Shown here one piece after another: positions 33,259-43,623 of a stretch of 64,000 nt of DNA. How positions within the stretch are numbered: position 1 is the first letter of the stretch; each line of letters starts with the position of its first letter. The stretch comes from Caldisericia bacterium. GTDB lineage: Bacteria > Caldisericota > Caldisericia > JAAYUI01. The notes under the pieces were generated by a model, which saw only the letters and a program-made list of their open reading frames with translations, was not told the origin of the DNA and searched no databases. Location of the stretch: assembly GCA_963674785.1 (NCBI GenBank), contig OY771555.1, forward strand, positions 1,728,001 to 1,792,000, given 5' to 3'. Position numbers and translations under genes: made by a program.

Positions 33259-33891
33259 ATGGAGCTTGCAGGGAATATAAAGGATTTCTCAATAATTGAG
33301 ATTTCTCAATTTGTATGGATTTCGAAAAGAACTGGATGTTTGAAGCTTTTTTTAGAAGTTGACGGATCAAAGTTTGAAGGACAGCTTTATTTTGTTGAGG
33401 GCAACATCATGTCAGCAAAAGCAAATGGCAAACGGGGAAAGGAAGCCTTTTTCCATATCTGCAGTGCTGACAATGGAAGTTTTCGATTTATTAGCAACGA
33501 AACAACACCAGACACAAATGTTGTTACCTCAATGAACCAATTGCTTCTTGAAGCATCTGGTCGAACAAAACTTTTTGAAACACTGAAAAGAGAGATTCCA
33601 TCTACAAACATTATCTTTTCTCTTACCCCCGATTTCGCACTCTTTGATCTCCAGTTTGAGCCTGAACAGTGGAGCGTAATCGCACTCATTGATGGACAAA
33701 AAACACTCGAAGAGATAGGAAAAACTCTTGGGATGCCAGAGTTTAACATCATGAGGATATTCTACACTCTCCTTCAGGTTGGTGTAATAAAGAGAGTTGC
33801 CGTCAAACAGGTCAGAAAGCCAGAAATCGAAAAACCCAGAAAAAAGATTGGCTTCATTCAAAAAATTATCGAGTACTTTAAAAAACTATGA
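33259..33891 (+). CDS. DUF4388 (PATAN-like) domain protein
   Basis: LAGNIKDFSIIEISQ...KRTG.L, G.LYF.EG, LLLEA; C-terminal wHTH-like IDGQKTLEEI. Confidence 0.8.
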   Translation: MELAGNIKDFSIIEISQFVWISKRTGCLKLFLEVDGSKFEGQLYFVEGNIMSAKANGKRGKEAFFHICSADNGSFRFISNETTPDTNVVTSMNQLLLEASGRTKLFETLKREIPSTNIIFSLTPDFALFDLQFEPEQWSVIALIDGQKTLEEIGKTLGMPEFNIMRIFYTLLQVGVIKRVAVKQVRKPEIEKPRKKIGFIQKIIEYFKKL

Positions 33892-34430
33892 GAAGAGTAA
33901 AAATACTGGTAACCGGACCATTCTCATCCGGCAAAACGAGTTTCATTTCCCAAGTATCTGAGATTCCCGTTGTCTCAACGGAGAAATCTATAACAGACGA
34001 GACACGAGAGATAAAATCAAAAACAACCGTTGCGATGGACTTCGGTCGAATTACAATTGATGAAAATCTCGTTCTCTATATTTTTGGCACCCCTGGACAG
34101 GAAAGATTTTCCTATATGTGGGATGTACTTTCCGTTGGAGCACTTGGATTAGTGGTAATGGTTGATGCAACAGATTACAGATCAATCATTCAGGGAAGAA
34201 GATATTTGTCATTCTTCTTACCAAAGCTTAGCATCCCATGTGTGATTGTCGCAAACAAACAAGATCTACCTGATGCAATAGAAGAGGAAAAAATAAGAGA
34301 CATTTTGGGTATCGACAATTCAATTGATGTTATCCCCTGTACATCAACCAACTTGGATTCCGTAAAAAATGTTTTAATACAGTTATTTGGGTTAATCGAG
34401 GAAATCGGACTAGAAGAAAGCAATGAATAA
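33888..34430 (+). CDS. MglA/conservon-type small GTPase
   Basis: G1 GPFSSGKTS, TTVAMDFG, GTPGQERF, NKQD. Confidence 0.88.
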   Translation: MRRVKILVTGPFSSGKTSFISQVSEIPVVSTEKSITDETREIKSKTTVAMDFGRITIDENLVLYIFGTPGQERFSYMWDVLSVGALGLVVMVDATDYRSIIQGRRYLSFFLPKLSIPCVIVANKQDLPDAIEEEKIRDILGIDNSIDVIPCTSTNLDSVKNVLIQLFGLIEEIGLEESNE

Positions 34431-35799
34431 TAAAACAAAAAAGCTATTGAAAAATCATGATTGGCGAGGAATAGTTGAATATCTCGGGTCAATCTCTCCG
34501 GATAGAATGGATGACAAAAAGGTTGCAATTCTCACACAGAGTTTACTAAAACTTGGCAGTCTTAATGAAGCTATTGAGGTTTCAAAACCTTATATTGAAA
34601 AAAATATTTCTGCATACCCAAGAACAACAAGAATTGCAGCAAGGGTTTTGTGTTTACTGAAAAAATATGATGATGCGTATGAGCTTCTAAAAAGGGCTTT
34701 TGATAATAACCCAACTCAGTACTGGTATTATCTGGCGATGGGAGATGTCTATTATTACTTCGCTGGAGACAAAGAAAAGGCATTGTTTATCTATAAGCAG
34801 GGTGAATCCATAGGGAAAGAACATCTCAGAAAAGACATTCTTTCCATCTATAGATATTTATTGAAGCGAATTTCACACGCCTTGTTTGAGCTTGAAAGGT
34901 TTGAGGATGCGGTTCCATATTTTGAAAAATTTAAAGAACTTGAACCGTCAAATTTCTATGAATCAGACTTTGTATTGTTAGGTTTATCACATGAAAAAAC
35001 GGGAAACATCAAAGCTGCAAAAGACATATGGCTCGAGGGAACAAGGAGAAGAAAAGGCAAAAAATGCCTAAAAGAGATCGAAAGAGTCGACCCCGAACTT
35101 GCCAAGACTGTCAAACTTAAACCTCCTCACAAGACAAAGCCAGGAGCAGTCTCAATCCCTGTAAAAACAAAAATTATTACTGAAGAGGATGAGACTGCAG
35201 ACGTGATTCACGATGCAGTCAAAGATATTATCAAACCAGGTGATGTGATAACCTTTGCATCAGCAGTTGCCGCAGTTGCTGACGGCAGAATTTATCCCGC
35301 TGAAGGGATTAAGGCATCAAAAATTGCAACCTTCCTGGCAGGATTTGTCACCGGTTCATCAAAGAATTCATTTGCAACAACCTCACCACTTGCAAACCCA
35401 TTATCATTTCAAGTTGCAATTGAGATCGCAGGGCTTTTTAGAATCCTTCTTGCGACATTCATTGGCGGAATTGGTAAACTATTTCGAATCAAAGGTTGGT
35501 TTTATCACATTGCAGGAAAAGAAGTTGCAATGATAGATGACATGCCTGCATCAATGGCACCATATGATTTTTATGTAATCCCTGGCCCATATGACTCAGA
35601 TATGCTAGCTGAACAAATCAAAGCGAAAACCGGCCATGAAACAGCAATTGTTGATGCAAATGATTTAGGTATCGCATGGGTTGTTGGGGCAAGTTCAGAA
35701 GTTGATAAAAAAAAGATTGAACAATATATGCTTGATAACCCAGCAGGCAACGAAGATAATCAGACACCAATTATTCTTATCAGAGAAGAGGGTAAATAA
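34423..35799 (+). CDS. TPR-repeat protein fused to a CofE-like (F420:glutamate ligase family) domain
   Basis: Helical TPR-like N-terminal half; C-terminal PVKTKII, PGDVI...GR, IDD, IVDAND, QTPIILIR. Confidence 0.65.
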   Translation: MNNKTKKLLKNHDWRGIVEYLGSISPDRMDDKKVAILTQSLLKLGSLNEAIEVSKPYIEKNISAYPRTTRIAARVLCLLKKYDDAYELLKRAFDNNPTQYWYYLAMGDVYYYFAGDKEKALFIYKQGESIGKEHLRKDILSIYRYLLKRISHALFELERFEDAVPYFEKFKELEPSNFYESDFVLLGLSHEKTGNIKAAKDIWLEGTRRRKGKKCLKEIERVDPELAKTVKLKPPHKTKPGAVSIPVKTKIITEEDETADVIHDAVKDIIKPGDVITFASAVAAVADGRIYPAEGIKASKIATFLAGFVTGSSKNSFATTSPLANPLSFQVAIEIAGLFRILLATFIGGIGKLFRIKGWFYHIAGKEVAMIDDMPASMAPYDFYVIPGPYDSDMLAEQIKAKTGHETAIVDANDLGIAWVVGASSEVDKKKIEQYMLDNPAGNEDNQTPIILIREEGK

Positions 35800-37188
35800 A
35801 TGTTTGGCTTAATTGAAAAAGTATTATCAAAATCAGTCGGATTTTGCGAGATCAGGGTACAAGATCGAACTCGAAGGTCGGTATCTGTTAGAAACGGGAT
35901 GCTCAATAATGCAAATGTTATAATCTCGGCCGGTGTCGGAATAAGAGTCTTAAGAAGAGGATGCTGGGGTTTTGCGTCAACTTCTAAACTTGATGAAGAG
36001 AGCATGCTTGATGTCTTGAGACAGGCAGAGATTGCCGCACTCCGAATGTCTGAAATGACAAAAAAAAGAGTACCTGAACTAGATGACAGCAAAAATATCA
36101 GTCTTGACTGGATACCTGATAAAACATCAAATTCGAATTCTGTTCCAATTGACGAAAAAATAAAACTTGCCCTTTCAATTGAAGAAAAAATAAGAAACTC
36201 ATCAAAACTCATTACAAATTCAACAACTGTGTTTGATGAACTCATCGACGAAAAGTGGATAATGACAACCGAAGACGTAAAGGTTCACTACGCACTCCCA
36301 AAACCACAGTTTTACACAATGGCTGTTGCTACAAAAAATGGTGAAATGACAAGGTCAATGCAGGCAATTGGCATCATGGGTGGAGTGGACGAAATGTTTT
36401 CTGAAAGCTCCCCTGAAGCAATGGCTGAAAAAACTGCAAAACTTGCTGTTGATAAATTTGATGCACCATACGCAAAAGGCGGAATGTCAACTGTTGTTTT
36501 AAGTCCAGGCATGGTTGGACTTCTCGCTCACGAGGCCATCGGTCATACGGTAGAGGCCGATTTTGTGATGTCTGGGTCAGCAGCGTCTGGAAAAATTGGT
36601 GAAAAAGTTGCGAGTGAAAAGGTAACACTTGCAGACGCAGGATTAAACCCACTCAAAAATGGTTATCCAGCAGGAACAATCCCTGTTGATGATGAAGGGG
36701 TTGAGGTTCAAGATACAATAATAATCAAAGACGGAATCATGAACTCGTATCTTCACAATAGGGAATCTGCAGCCGAATTCGGAGTAGAGCCAACCGGAAA
36801 TGCGAGAGCATTTTCTCACTCCGACACTCCAATCATAAGAATGAGAAATACATATGTGAAACCTGGAACATCATCATTTGATGAGATAATCAGTTCAACA
36901 AAAGAAGGCTATTATCTTGTCCTCCCAGGAAACGGGCAGGCGGATGCCAACGCTGAATTCATGTTTGGATGCAGCGAAGTCTACGAAATCAAAGACGGTA
37001 AAATTGGAAACCTTATTAAAAATGCAACGATTTCAGGACAAGCGTTTGAGGTTTTAAAATCTGTTGATATGGTTGGAAACGATTTCAAATGGGATCTTGG
37101 TTCAGGTTTCTGTGGCAAAGGCCAGGCAGCAAAAGTTGATGGTGGCGGCCCAACTATCAGATGTAAAGCAATGATTGGAGGAAGATAA
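35800..37188 (+). CDS. tldD: TldD metalloprotease
   Basis: HEAIGHTVEAD, DDEG, TGNAR, RMRNT, CGKGQ. Confidence 0.93.
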   Translation: MFGLIEKVLSKSVGFCEIRVQDRTRRSVSVRNGMLNNANVIISAGVGIRVLRRGCWGFASTSKLDEESMLDVLRQAEIAALRMSEMTKKRVPELDDSKNISLDWIPDKTSNSNSVPIDEKIKLALSIEEKIRNSSKLITNSTTVFDELIDEKWIMTTEDVKVHYALPKPQFYTMAVATKNGEMTRSMQAIGIMGGVDEMFSESSPEAMAEKTAKLAVDKFDAPYAKGGMSTVVLSPGMVGLLAHEAIGHTVEADFVMSGSAASGKIGEKVASEKVTLADAGLNPLKNGYPAGTIPVDDEGVEVQDTIIIKDGIMNSYLHNRESAAEFGVEPTGNARAFSHSDTPIIRMRNTYVKPGTSSFDEIISSTKEGYYLVLPGNGQADANAEFMFGCSEVYEIKDGKIGNLIKNATISGQAFEVLKSVDMVGNDFKWDLGSGFCGKGQAAKVDGGGPTIRCKAMIGGR

Positions 37189-38522
37189 TGAGAATCAAAA
37201 TGAGAGCAAGGCAGGCACTTGAATCTGCATTATCAAAAAAATTATCCTCCGCAGAAATCATAATGACCGATAGAAAAACAATCTCAATTGAGCTTCAGGA
37301 TAATTCTGTTCATGTAGCGACCGAAGACACTTCCGAGTGGACAGGAATCCGAGCCTTCAAGGGAAACTCTCTTGGTTTCTCAGCAGTCAATAGTTTGAAG
37401 GAAGACCGAATAAATGGTGCTATTGAGGAAGCTGTAAAAATCGCAAGCGTAGCACCACCTGACAAGTCAAATGTATTGCCCGAACCAGAGGTGATCCCCT
37501 GGGTAAAAGGTATGTATGATAAAGAGCTTGCATCAATGTCTCTTGACGAGTCTATCGGGATTGCAAAAAAAATCATCGAAACATGCAAGAATTACGACAA
37601 AAGAGTGAGTCTTGACTCGGGATCATTCCAGGTAATCGTATCAAATGTTGCGATCGCCTCATCCACAGGGATTGAAGCTTCAACAAGACAAAGCTTTGCT
37701 TTCTACGACATCATGGGAATGGCAAGAGATGGCGATGTGGTTTCATCATTTGATATTGAATACGGTGGAACACGAAAAATATCAGAAATTGACGTTGAAA
37801 CATCAGCGAAAAGACTCAGCGAAAAAGTGGTTTCATCACTTGGTGCAAAGTCAGGAAAATCATTCACAGGTCAGGTTATTCTTCAGGGGGATGCCGCAAA
37901 TGAATTGCTTTTATCTCCTCTGCTTTGGTCATCGTATGCTGAAAACATTCAGCTAGGATCATCAAGATTTAAAGGTAAACTCGGCAAAAGGGTAGCCTCA
38001 AGCAAACTCACAATAAAAGACTGGGGAAGAGCACCCGGACTTGTGGCGTCATACCCATTTGACAGAGAAGGGATTCCACCAAAAAGATTGTTCCCAATAC
38101 ATAATGGAATCTTTACTGATGTCTTCCACAACGCAAAAAGTGCTGCAAGAGATGGATCTGTTTCCAACGGTCATGCCGGTGGAAGCGGAAGCTCTACACC
38201 AAACATCACAACCTCAAATGTTTTTGTTAAACCTGGTAATGCAACACTTGATGATATTATCGCTGACACAAAACTTGGCATATTAGTCGGAAGGTACAGT
38301 GGGGATATTGATCCGAGTTCAGGAGATTTCAGTGGGTCTGTTAAAGGTGGGTATCTGATTGAAAATGGAAGAAAAACGCAGCCACTTCTTGGGACAATGA
38401 TTGCCGGAAACATATACGACTGTATCCAAAACATCTCAGCTATCTCATCTGACACCGTCTCGCTCATTGATGTTTTCATGCCAAGTATAAGGCTTGAAGG
38501 AGTGACGGTCTCTTCTAAATGA
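37188..38522 (+). CDS. pmbA: PmbA/TldE
   Basis: FDREG, SNGHA, SGDFS, no HExxH; follows tldD. Confidence 0.88.
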   Translation: MRIKMRARQALESALSKKLSSAEIIMTDRKTISIELQDNSVHVATEDTSEWTGIRAFKGNSLGFSAVNSLKEDRINGAIEEAVKIASVAPPDKSNVLPEPEVIPWVKGMYDKELASMSLDESIGIAKKIIETCKNYDKRVSLDSGSFQVIVSNVAIASSTGIEASTRQSFAFYDIMGMARDGDVVSSFDIEYGGTRKISEIDVETSAKRLSEKVVSSLGAKSGKSFTGQVILQGDAANELLLSPLLWSSYAENIQLGSSRFKGKLGKRVASSKLTIKDWGRAPGLVASYPFDREGIPPKRLFPIHNGIFTDVFHNAKSAARDGSVSNGHAGGSGSSTPNITTSNVFVKPGNATLDDIIADTKLGILVGRYSGDIDPSSGDFSGSVKGGYLIENGRKTQPLLGTMIAGNIYDCIQNISAISSDTVSLIDVFMPSIRLEGVTVSSK

Positions 38523-39634
38523 GTTTAACTGCCGACAAGATTCTTCCATCAACTGCAACTGTGGATTTTGATCACCTGCAATCAAATGTCGGATTGATAA
38601 GAAGAATTACAAAAAATTCAAAGATAATGGCAGTTGTAAAGGCAAATGCTTATGGTCACGGCATAGTTCCAATCGCCAGAGCTCTTATTTCCTTCGGGGT
38701 TGAACATCTTGCAGTTCAAACACCAGAGGAGGCAATTGGACTCAGGATGGCGGGGATAACTGCTCCAATTTTGATCTTTGGATATACTCACGCTGCATAT
38801 GCAGCCGATATTATTCATCATGACCTGACACCAACCATTTTTGATTATGAGTTAGCTGTTTCTCTAAACCATCTTGCTCATAAAAACATTCCAATTCATA
38901 TCAAAATTGATACTGGAATGGGTTGGGCTGGCGTTGGCACGAGTGATGCTATTCCATTTATAAATCGCATTAATAAACTCGCCAATATCGAAATCAAAGG
39001 ACTATTTACACATTTTGCAGCAGCAGGCACTGATCCAATATTTACAAAAAAACAGGGAGACGAGTTTATTTCTCTTGTTTCAAAGATTAAAGAGAATGAA
39101 CACATTAACCCAGTACTTCATGCCTGTAATTCCACTGGAACAATGAATTTTCCTGAGTATCACTTTGATTACGTAAGACCGGGTCTAATGCTTTATGGAG
39201 TGGCACCAGGTGGAAAATATGACTCAGAGCTTTTGCCTGTTCTTTCATGGACATCATTAATATGCAACATGAAGGTTGTCCACCCAGGGGAATCCATTGG
39301 GTACGAACGAAGCTATAAAGCCGATAAAACCATGGTCGTTGGAACAATCCCAGTTGGTTATGCTGATGGCTGGAATTGGCGACTGAAAAACGACGGCCAG
39401 GTACTTATCTCAGGGAAAAGGGTTCCAATTATTGGTAGAATCTGTATGGATCAATTTATGGTTGATCTCACAGAGATAACATCTGCTGAAATTGGAACTG
39501 CAGTTACTCTTATTGGCAGCGACAATCAAGAAGAAATAACTGCATCTGAGCTTGCAAATATCGCTGGTACAATTCCATACGAAATCTTGACTTCATTGGG
39601 TAGTCGAATTAAGTTTAAATACAGAAAAAACTGA
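38519..39634 (+). CDS. alr: Alanine racemase
   Basis: AVVKANAYGHG, HIKIDTGM, VGYADG, GRICMDQ, TIPYE. Confidence 0.96.
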   Translation: MSLTADKILPSTATVDFDHLQSNVGLIRRITKNSKIMAVVKANAYGHGIVPIARALISFGVEHLAVQTPEEAIGLRMAGITAPILIFGYTHAAYAADIIHHDLTPTIFDYELAVSLNHLAHKNIPIHIKIDTGMGWAGVGTSDAIPFINRINKLANIEIKGLFTHFAAAGTDPIFTKKQGDEFISLVSKIKENEHINPVLHACNSTGTMNFPEYHFDYVRPGLMLYGVAPGGKYDSELLPVLSWTSLICNMKVVHPGESIGYERSYKADKTMVVGTIPVGYADGWNWRLKNDGQVLISGKRVPIIGRICMDQFMVDLTEITSAEIGTAVTLIGSDNQEEITASELANIAGTIPYEILTSLGSRIKFKYRKN

Positions 39635-39647
39635 AAGGATGCTTAAT

Positions 39648-41975
39648 ATGAGAAAGCTGTTACCTTTTTTCCTCGCAATAATGTTGCTTATGTCGATGGT
39701 ACCAGTATTTGCATTGTCAACAAGTCTCACAACAGATGATTTCAAACCATCTCGTAAACTTCTTGTTGAAATGTTCCTGGAACCCGAATGAACCAAATGC
39801 CCACCTACTGTTAGTAGGTTAAAAGAATTAGAAGAAGAATATGGCACAGACAAGTTTTTTAAACTGAGGCTTCATTCAAACCCAAAAGACTCCTTTTTTG
39901 TCGAGGACATAGGAGATAGGTCAGAGTTTTACGAGCAGAAATCCTTTCCAACCATGGCATACAATGGAGTTGATTTGGTAAGACTTGCTCAATCAGGCGA
40001 AGAGGTTGATAAATCTGCTGACAAAGCACTTGCTAATCCAGTTGTTTATGGATCAAGCCTAGATTGCAAGCTAAGAGAAACTCCAACTGGGAATCTCCTT
40101 GAGGTCTATGGTCAACTTGAACAGATCAATCCCGGCTCAAAGGTGAACTTAAAGTATGTCTTCTTTTTGTATGAAGACTATCTTGAATTTGAAGAAGAAC
40201 ATACATTGCACATGACAAGGGCAATATCCCCATCCGCAAAAGGCTCTTCGATCAGAGTCACTCAGGGTGAGGTGACAAACGTAAAAAAAGAGTTCTCGCT
40301 TGATGTAATCGAAGTCGAAGAGAATGTTGGTGTGCTTTTTGCGGTTTTTGACGCTGACTCCAATGAGATTTACACTTATTCTCACTGGACTTTGCGCTCA
40401 CCACACATTGTAAAAGCAATTTCAAAGAAGCATTCACCAGAAAAACCAATCACATGTGAATTTGATATCGACATCGACCCTGAAACATTTTCTGAAAACA
40501 CAGTCCTTTGTGTCAGCTCAATCGGAAGACCTGTTAAGGGAACATACAATGTTTCTGGCAAGAAATGTTCATTCACGCCAAACGACCCTCTGAAGAAGGG
40601 AAGCGAATACGGTTTCTACCTTAAGGGTGGCAAAGACGGCATAACCTCGACAACTGACGTTGTGATGGACAATAATTTGGTTTGTTCCTTCATAGCTGAA
40701 GAATCTGAAGAGGCAATTCTTGAGATCGCAACTGAAGAGCTTGATTTTGGAAAACTGAGCGAACCAAGAGCACAAAAGGTTGAAATCAAAAACACCGGTA
40801 ATGCAAAGCTTGAGGGTAAAGCTGCAGTCGGAATGACATGGCTTAAGGTTGATCCTATGTCAATCAGTATCGATCCGGGTAAATCCATTGAGATGAATGT
40901 CACAATCAATCCCGCTGATCTCAAAGAGGGATTCCACAACTGCAACATAATTATCACAACCAATGGTGGAGATCATACAATTCCAGTTTCATTCCAATAT
41001 ATTCCAATTGCTGCTGAACTCAAAGTTTCCCCTGAGACGCTAGATTTTGGACAGGTTACTGTCAGCAAATCAAAATCAATGAAGCTGATGTTTACTGCGG
41101 ATGACACCGTTAAAGGAACAATTTCTGCAACAGAAGGTTGGATATCAGTTAATAAAGAATCATTTGAGTTTGCAAATGGTGAGATTGAAGTAATAGTAAA
41201 ACCAACAAAAGTTGATGATCTCAAAGGTGAGCTTCACATCGAATCAAATGGTGGAAACTTCACGATCCTTGTAACTGTTTCATGTGTACCTGAGGCTTCA
41301 ATTGAACTTGTGTCTGAAACATCAAACCCAACAACAAACGATCAAGCAGAACTGGTAATCAAGCTTGTTCCAACAGACAAAAAATTCAACCTATATCTCA
41401 ATGGTAAACTAGTTCAGGAAAATGTTGAAACAGCAGCAAATGGTGAGATGAGGCTTTATGTTGATATCACCCCAGGAAACAACACATTTAAGGTTGAATC
41501 AATAGGAACAGATGAAATTGTCACAGATGAAATCTCAATTACAAAACAGATAATCCTTCAGCTCTGGATTGGCAAGACAAACTATACTATTAACGGACAG
41601 ACTCTCACTCTTGATGTCGCTCCAACAGTTTCTTCCCCGCCACTTCCTGCTGAACTCAAAGACAATACCTACATGCCAATTCGTGCTGTTGCTGAGGCTT
41701 TGGGAGCCGAGGTTGGTTGGGTCGGAGCTGAAAAGAAAGTCACCCTCACACAAAAAAAGGCAGACGGAAGTACTAATTTCATTGAGCTCTGGATCAATAA
41801 AAAGACGGCAAAGGTTAATGGTGTTGAGACAAAACTTAATGATGCAGGCACACTTTATCCTGCAATCGTTTCCGATCGAACAATGCTCCCATTGAGGTTT
41901 GTTGCCAATAATCTTGGAGCAGAAGTAGGATGGGATGGAGCTGAAAGAAAGATAACCCTTACTTATCCAAAATAA
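39648..41975 (+). CDS. Predicted exported selenoprotein (~775 aa): signal peptide, UxxC thioredoxin/Omp28-like domain, Ig-like domains, C-terminal copper-amine-oxidase-N (stalk) domain
   Basis: AAAGGA RBS and ATG 39648 in frame with ORF 39954; only interruption is TGA 39789-39791 in LLVEMFLEPE-U-TKCP; hairpin 11 nt downstream; C-terminal YMPIRAVAEALGAEVGW and MLPLRFVANNLGAEVGW. Confidence 0.82.
39803..39819 (+). promoter_or_regulatory. Candidate bacterial SECIS element
   Basis: ACCTACT-GTT-AGTAGGT, a perfect 7-bp stem starting 11 nt 3' of the in-frame TGA, with G in the loop. Confidence 0.7.
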
Positions 41976-42001
41976 CCTTCATTCTCTTATAACTAAACAC
42001 C

Positions 42002-42039
42002 AAAAAGCCACCACTTAAAAATGGTGGCTTTTTTCTTTT
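42002..42039 (+). terminator. Intrinsic terminator
   Basis: AAAAAGCCACCA-loop-TGGTGGCTTTTTT then a T-tract. Confidence 0.85.
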
Positions 42040-42063
42040 TAGAATCTTTGTACAATCTTTTCC

Positions 42064-42816
42064 ATGAGCAAACTAGAGGCAGTAATTCTTGGTGGCGGTG
42101 GAATTGAAGAGTGGTTTGAACATGAACATGTGTCAAACAAAGGCATGTTAATATTAAATGGCAAACCAATGATAAGTTACTCTATTTCAGCCCTCAAAGA
42201 TATTGCAAACATAAACAAGATAACACTTATTGGTGACGGATACTCCAAAGAAGTCATCAATTCAGTAGATAGAAATATTTCAGATCATGGTTCACTTCCG
42301 GGTAATATTGATGCTGCATTTGAAAACGCAAACTCTGATTATGTTTTGATGATGATGTCAGATGTTCCGCTTATTACATCAGAAACCATCAGAGAGGTAT
42401 TAGCAACCATTCCTTGGGAGTCACATGATCTTTCACTTCCTGTTGTAACAAAAGAAGAGACTGAAAATAAGTTTCCAGGCACAAAAAGAACATTTGCAAA
42501 AACAAAAGAAGGTCATGTCAAAGTTGGAAATGTTTTCATCCTGAAAAAAGATGCATATTCAAAAATTCAGCCAATTGTAAAAGAAACAGCAAAAAGAAGA
42601 AAGTCTGTCATCAAACAGGCACTTCAACTCGGATTTGGATTCTTGTTCAGAATGATTGTTTTCAAAAACATCTCTATTCCCGAACTTAAAAAAAGAGTTG
42701 AAAAGATGCTTGGAATCACAGTAAACGCTGATATAGTTCCATTCCCCGAGCTTGGCGTAGATGTTGATAAAACATCTGATTTAGTTTTTTGCAGACAGAT
42801 TTTGGAGAGACATTAA
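42064..42816 (+). CDS. MobA-like NTP transferase family protein
   Basis: AVILGGG, NKG...NGKPMI, SDVPL, VDVDK..D. Confidence 0.78.
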   Translation: MSKLEAVILGGGGIEEWFEHEHVSNKGMLILNGKPMISYSISALKDIANINKITLIGDGYSKEVINSVDRNISDHGSLPGNIDAAFENANSDYVLMMMSDVPLITSETIREVLATIPWESHDLSLPVVTKEETENKFPGTKRTFAKTKEGHVKVGNVFILKKDAYSKIQPIVKETAKRRKSVIKQALQLGFGFLFRMIVFKNISIPELKKRVEKMLGITVNADIVPFPELGVDVDKTSDLVFCRQILERH

Positions 42817-43623
42817 ATGGGTTATTTAGAAGCAGTAGTTTTAGGTTTTATTCAGGGCGCGACAGAATTCCTTCCGATTTCATCAAGTGGTCATCTTACA
42901 ATTTTCCCTGCTCTTTTTGGCTGGCAACAACCCTCACTGTCATTTGATATTTTTGTTCACGCAGGCACCTTGGTAGCAGTACTGATATATTTCTGGGCAG
43001 ATATTGCAAAATACTTTAAGGCTCTGTTTGTTGGATTAGGTAACTTTTTCAAAAAAGAAGAAGTCTCAACTGATTCAAAAATCGCATTCTATATTGTTCT
43101 TTCGTTTATCCCCGCTGCAATTCTTGGTTATCTGCTTGAATCAAGAATAGAACTTCTTATCAATTCTCCGAAACTAGTTTCATATTTTTTCCTTGTTACA
43201 GCAGGACTTCTCATACTTGCAACCGTATTGAAGGGAAAAAAAGAGATAACAGGCATCAATTGGCTTGATGCAATTTTTATTGGTTTTGCTCAAGCTATTG
43301 CCTTGATACCAGGTGTTTCAAGGTCAGGAACATCAATAACAGCTGGAAGAATTATGGGAATGACACGTGAAGCATCCGCAAGATTTGCATTCTTGATTGC
43401 AGTCCCAGCAATAGCTGGTGGATTCCTTTATCATATGTACAAAGCAGTATTTAAGATTGGTTTTGTTATCGATTTGGGGCCGTCACTGGTCGGATTTGCA
43501 GTTGCAGCAGTCATCGGCTGGCTTTCAATATATATGTTCTTCAAGATTCTTAAAACCGCGGGATTCGAGCCATACATTGTATACCTGATAATACTCTTTG
43601 TAGTCCTTCAAATCGTGCTATGA
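42817..43623 (+). CDS. uppP: Undecaprenyl-diphosphatase
   Basis: QGATEFLPISSSGH, PGVSRSG. Confidence 0.95.
   Translation: MGYLEAVVLGFIQGATEFLPISSSGHLTIFPALFGWQQPSLSFDIFVHAGTLVAVLIYFWADIAKYFKALFVGLGNFFKKEEVSTDSKIAFYIVLSFIPAAILGYLLESRIELLINSPKLVSYFFLVTAGLLILATVLKGKKEITGINWLDAIFIGFAQAIALIPGVSRSGTSITAGRIMGMTREASARFAFLIAVPAIAGGFLYHMYKAVFKIGFVIDLGPSLVGFAVAAVIGWLSIYMFFKILKTAGFEPYIVYLIILFVVLQIVL

Noticed and set aside
24457-38522. RiPP cluster built from the radical SAM gene plus TldD/PmbA
   Set aside because: The genes are 10 kb apart among housekeeping genes, with no precursor, RRE or exporter identified.
39954-41975. ORF-track start at 39954, or a pseudogene call
   Set aside because: This start gives no signal peptide for an extracellular domain set. 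The upstream frame is intact apart from one TGA in a UxxC motif with a SECIS-like hairpin.
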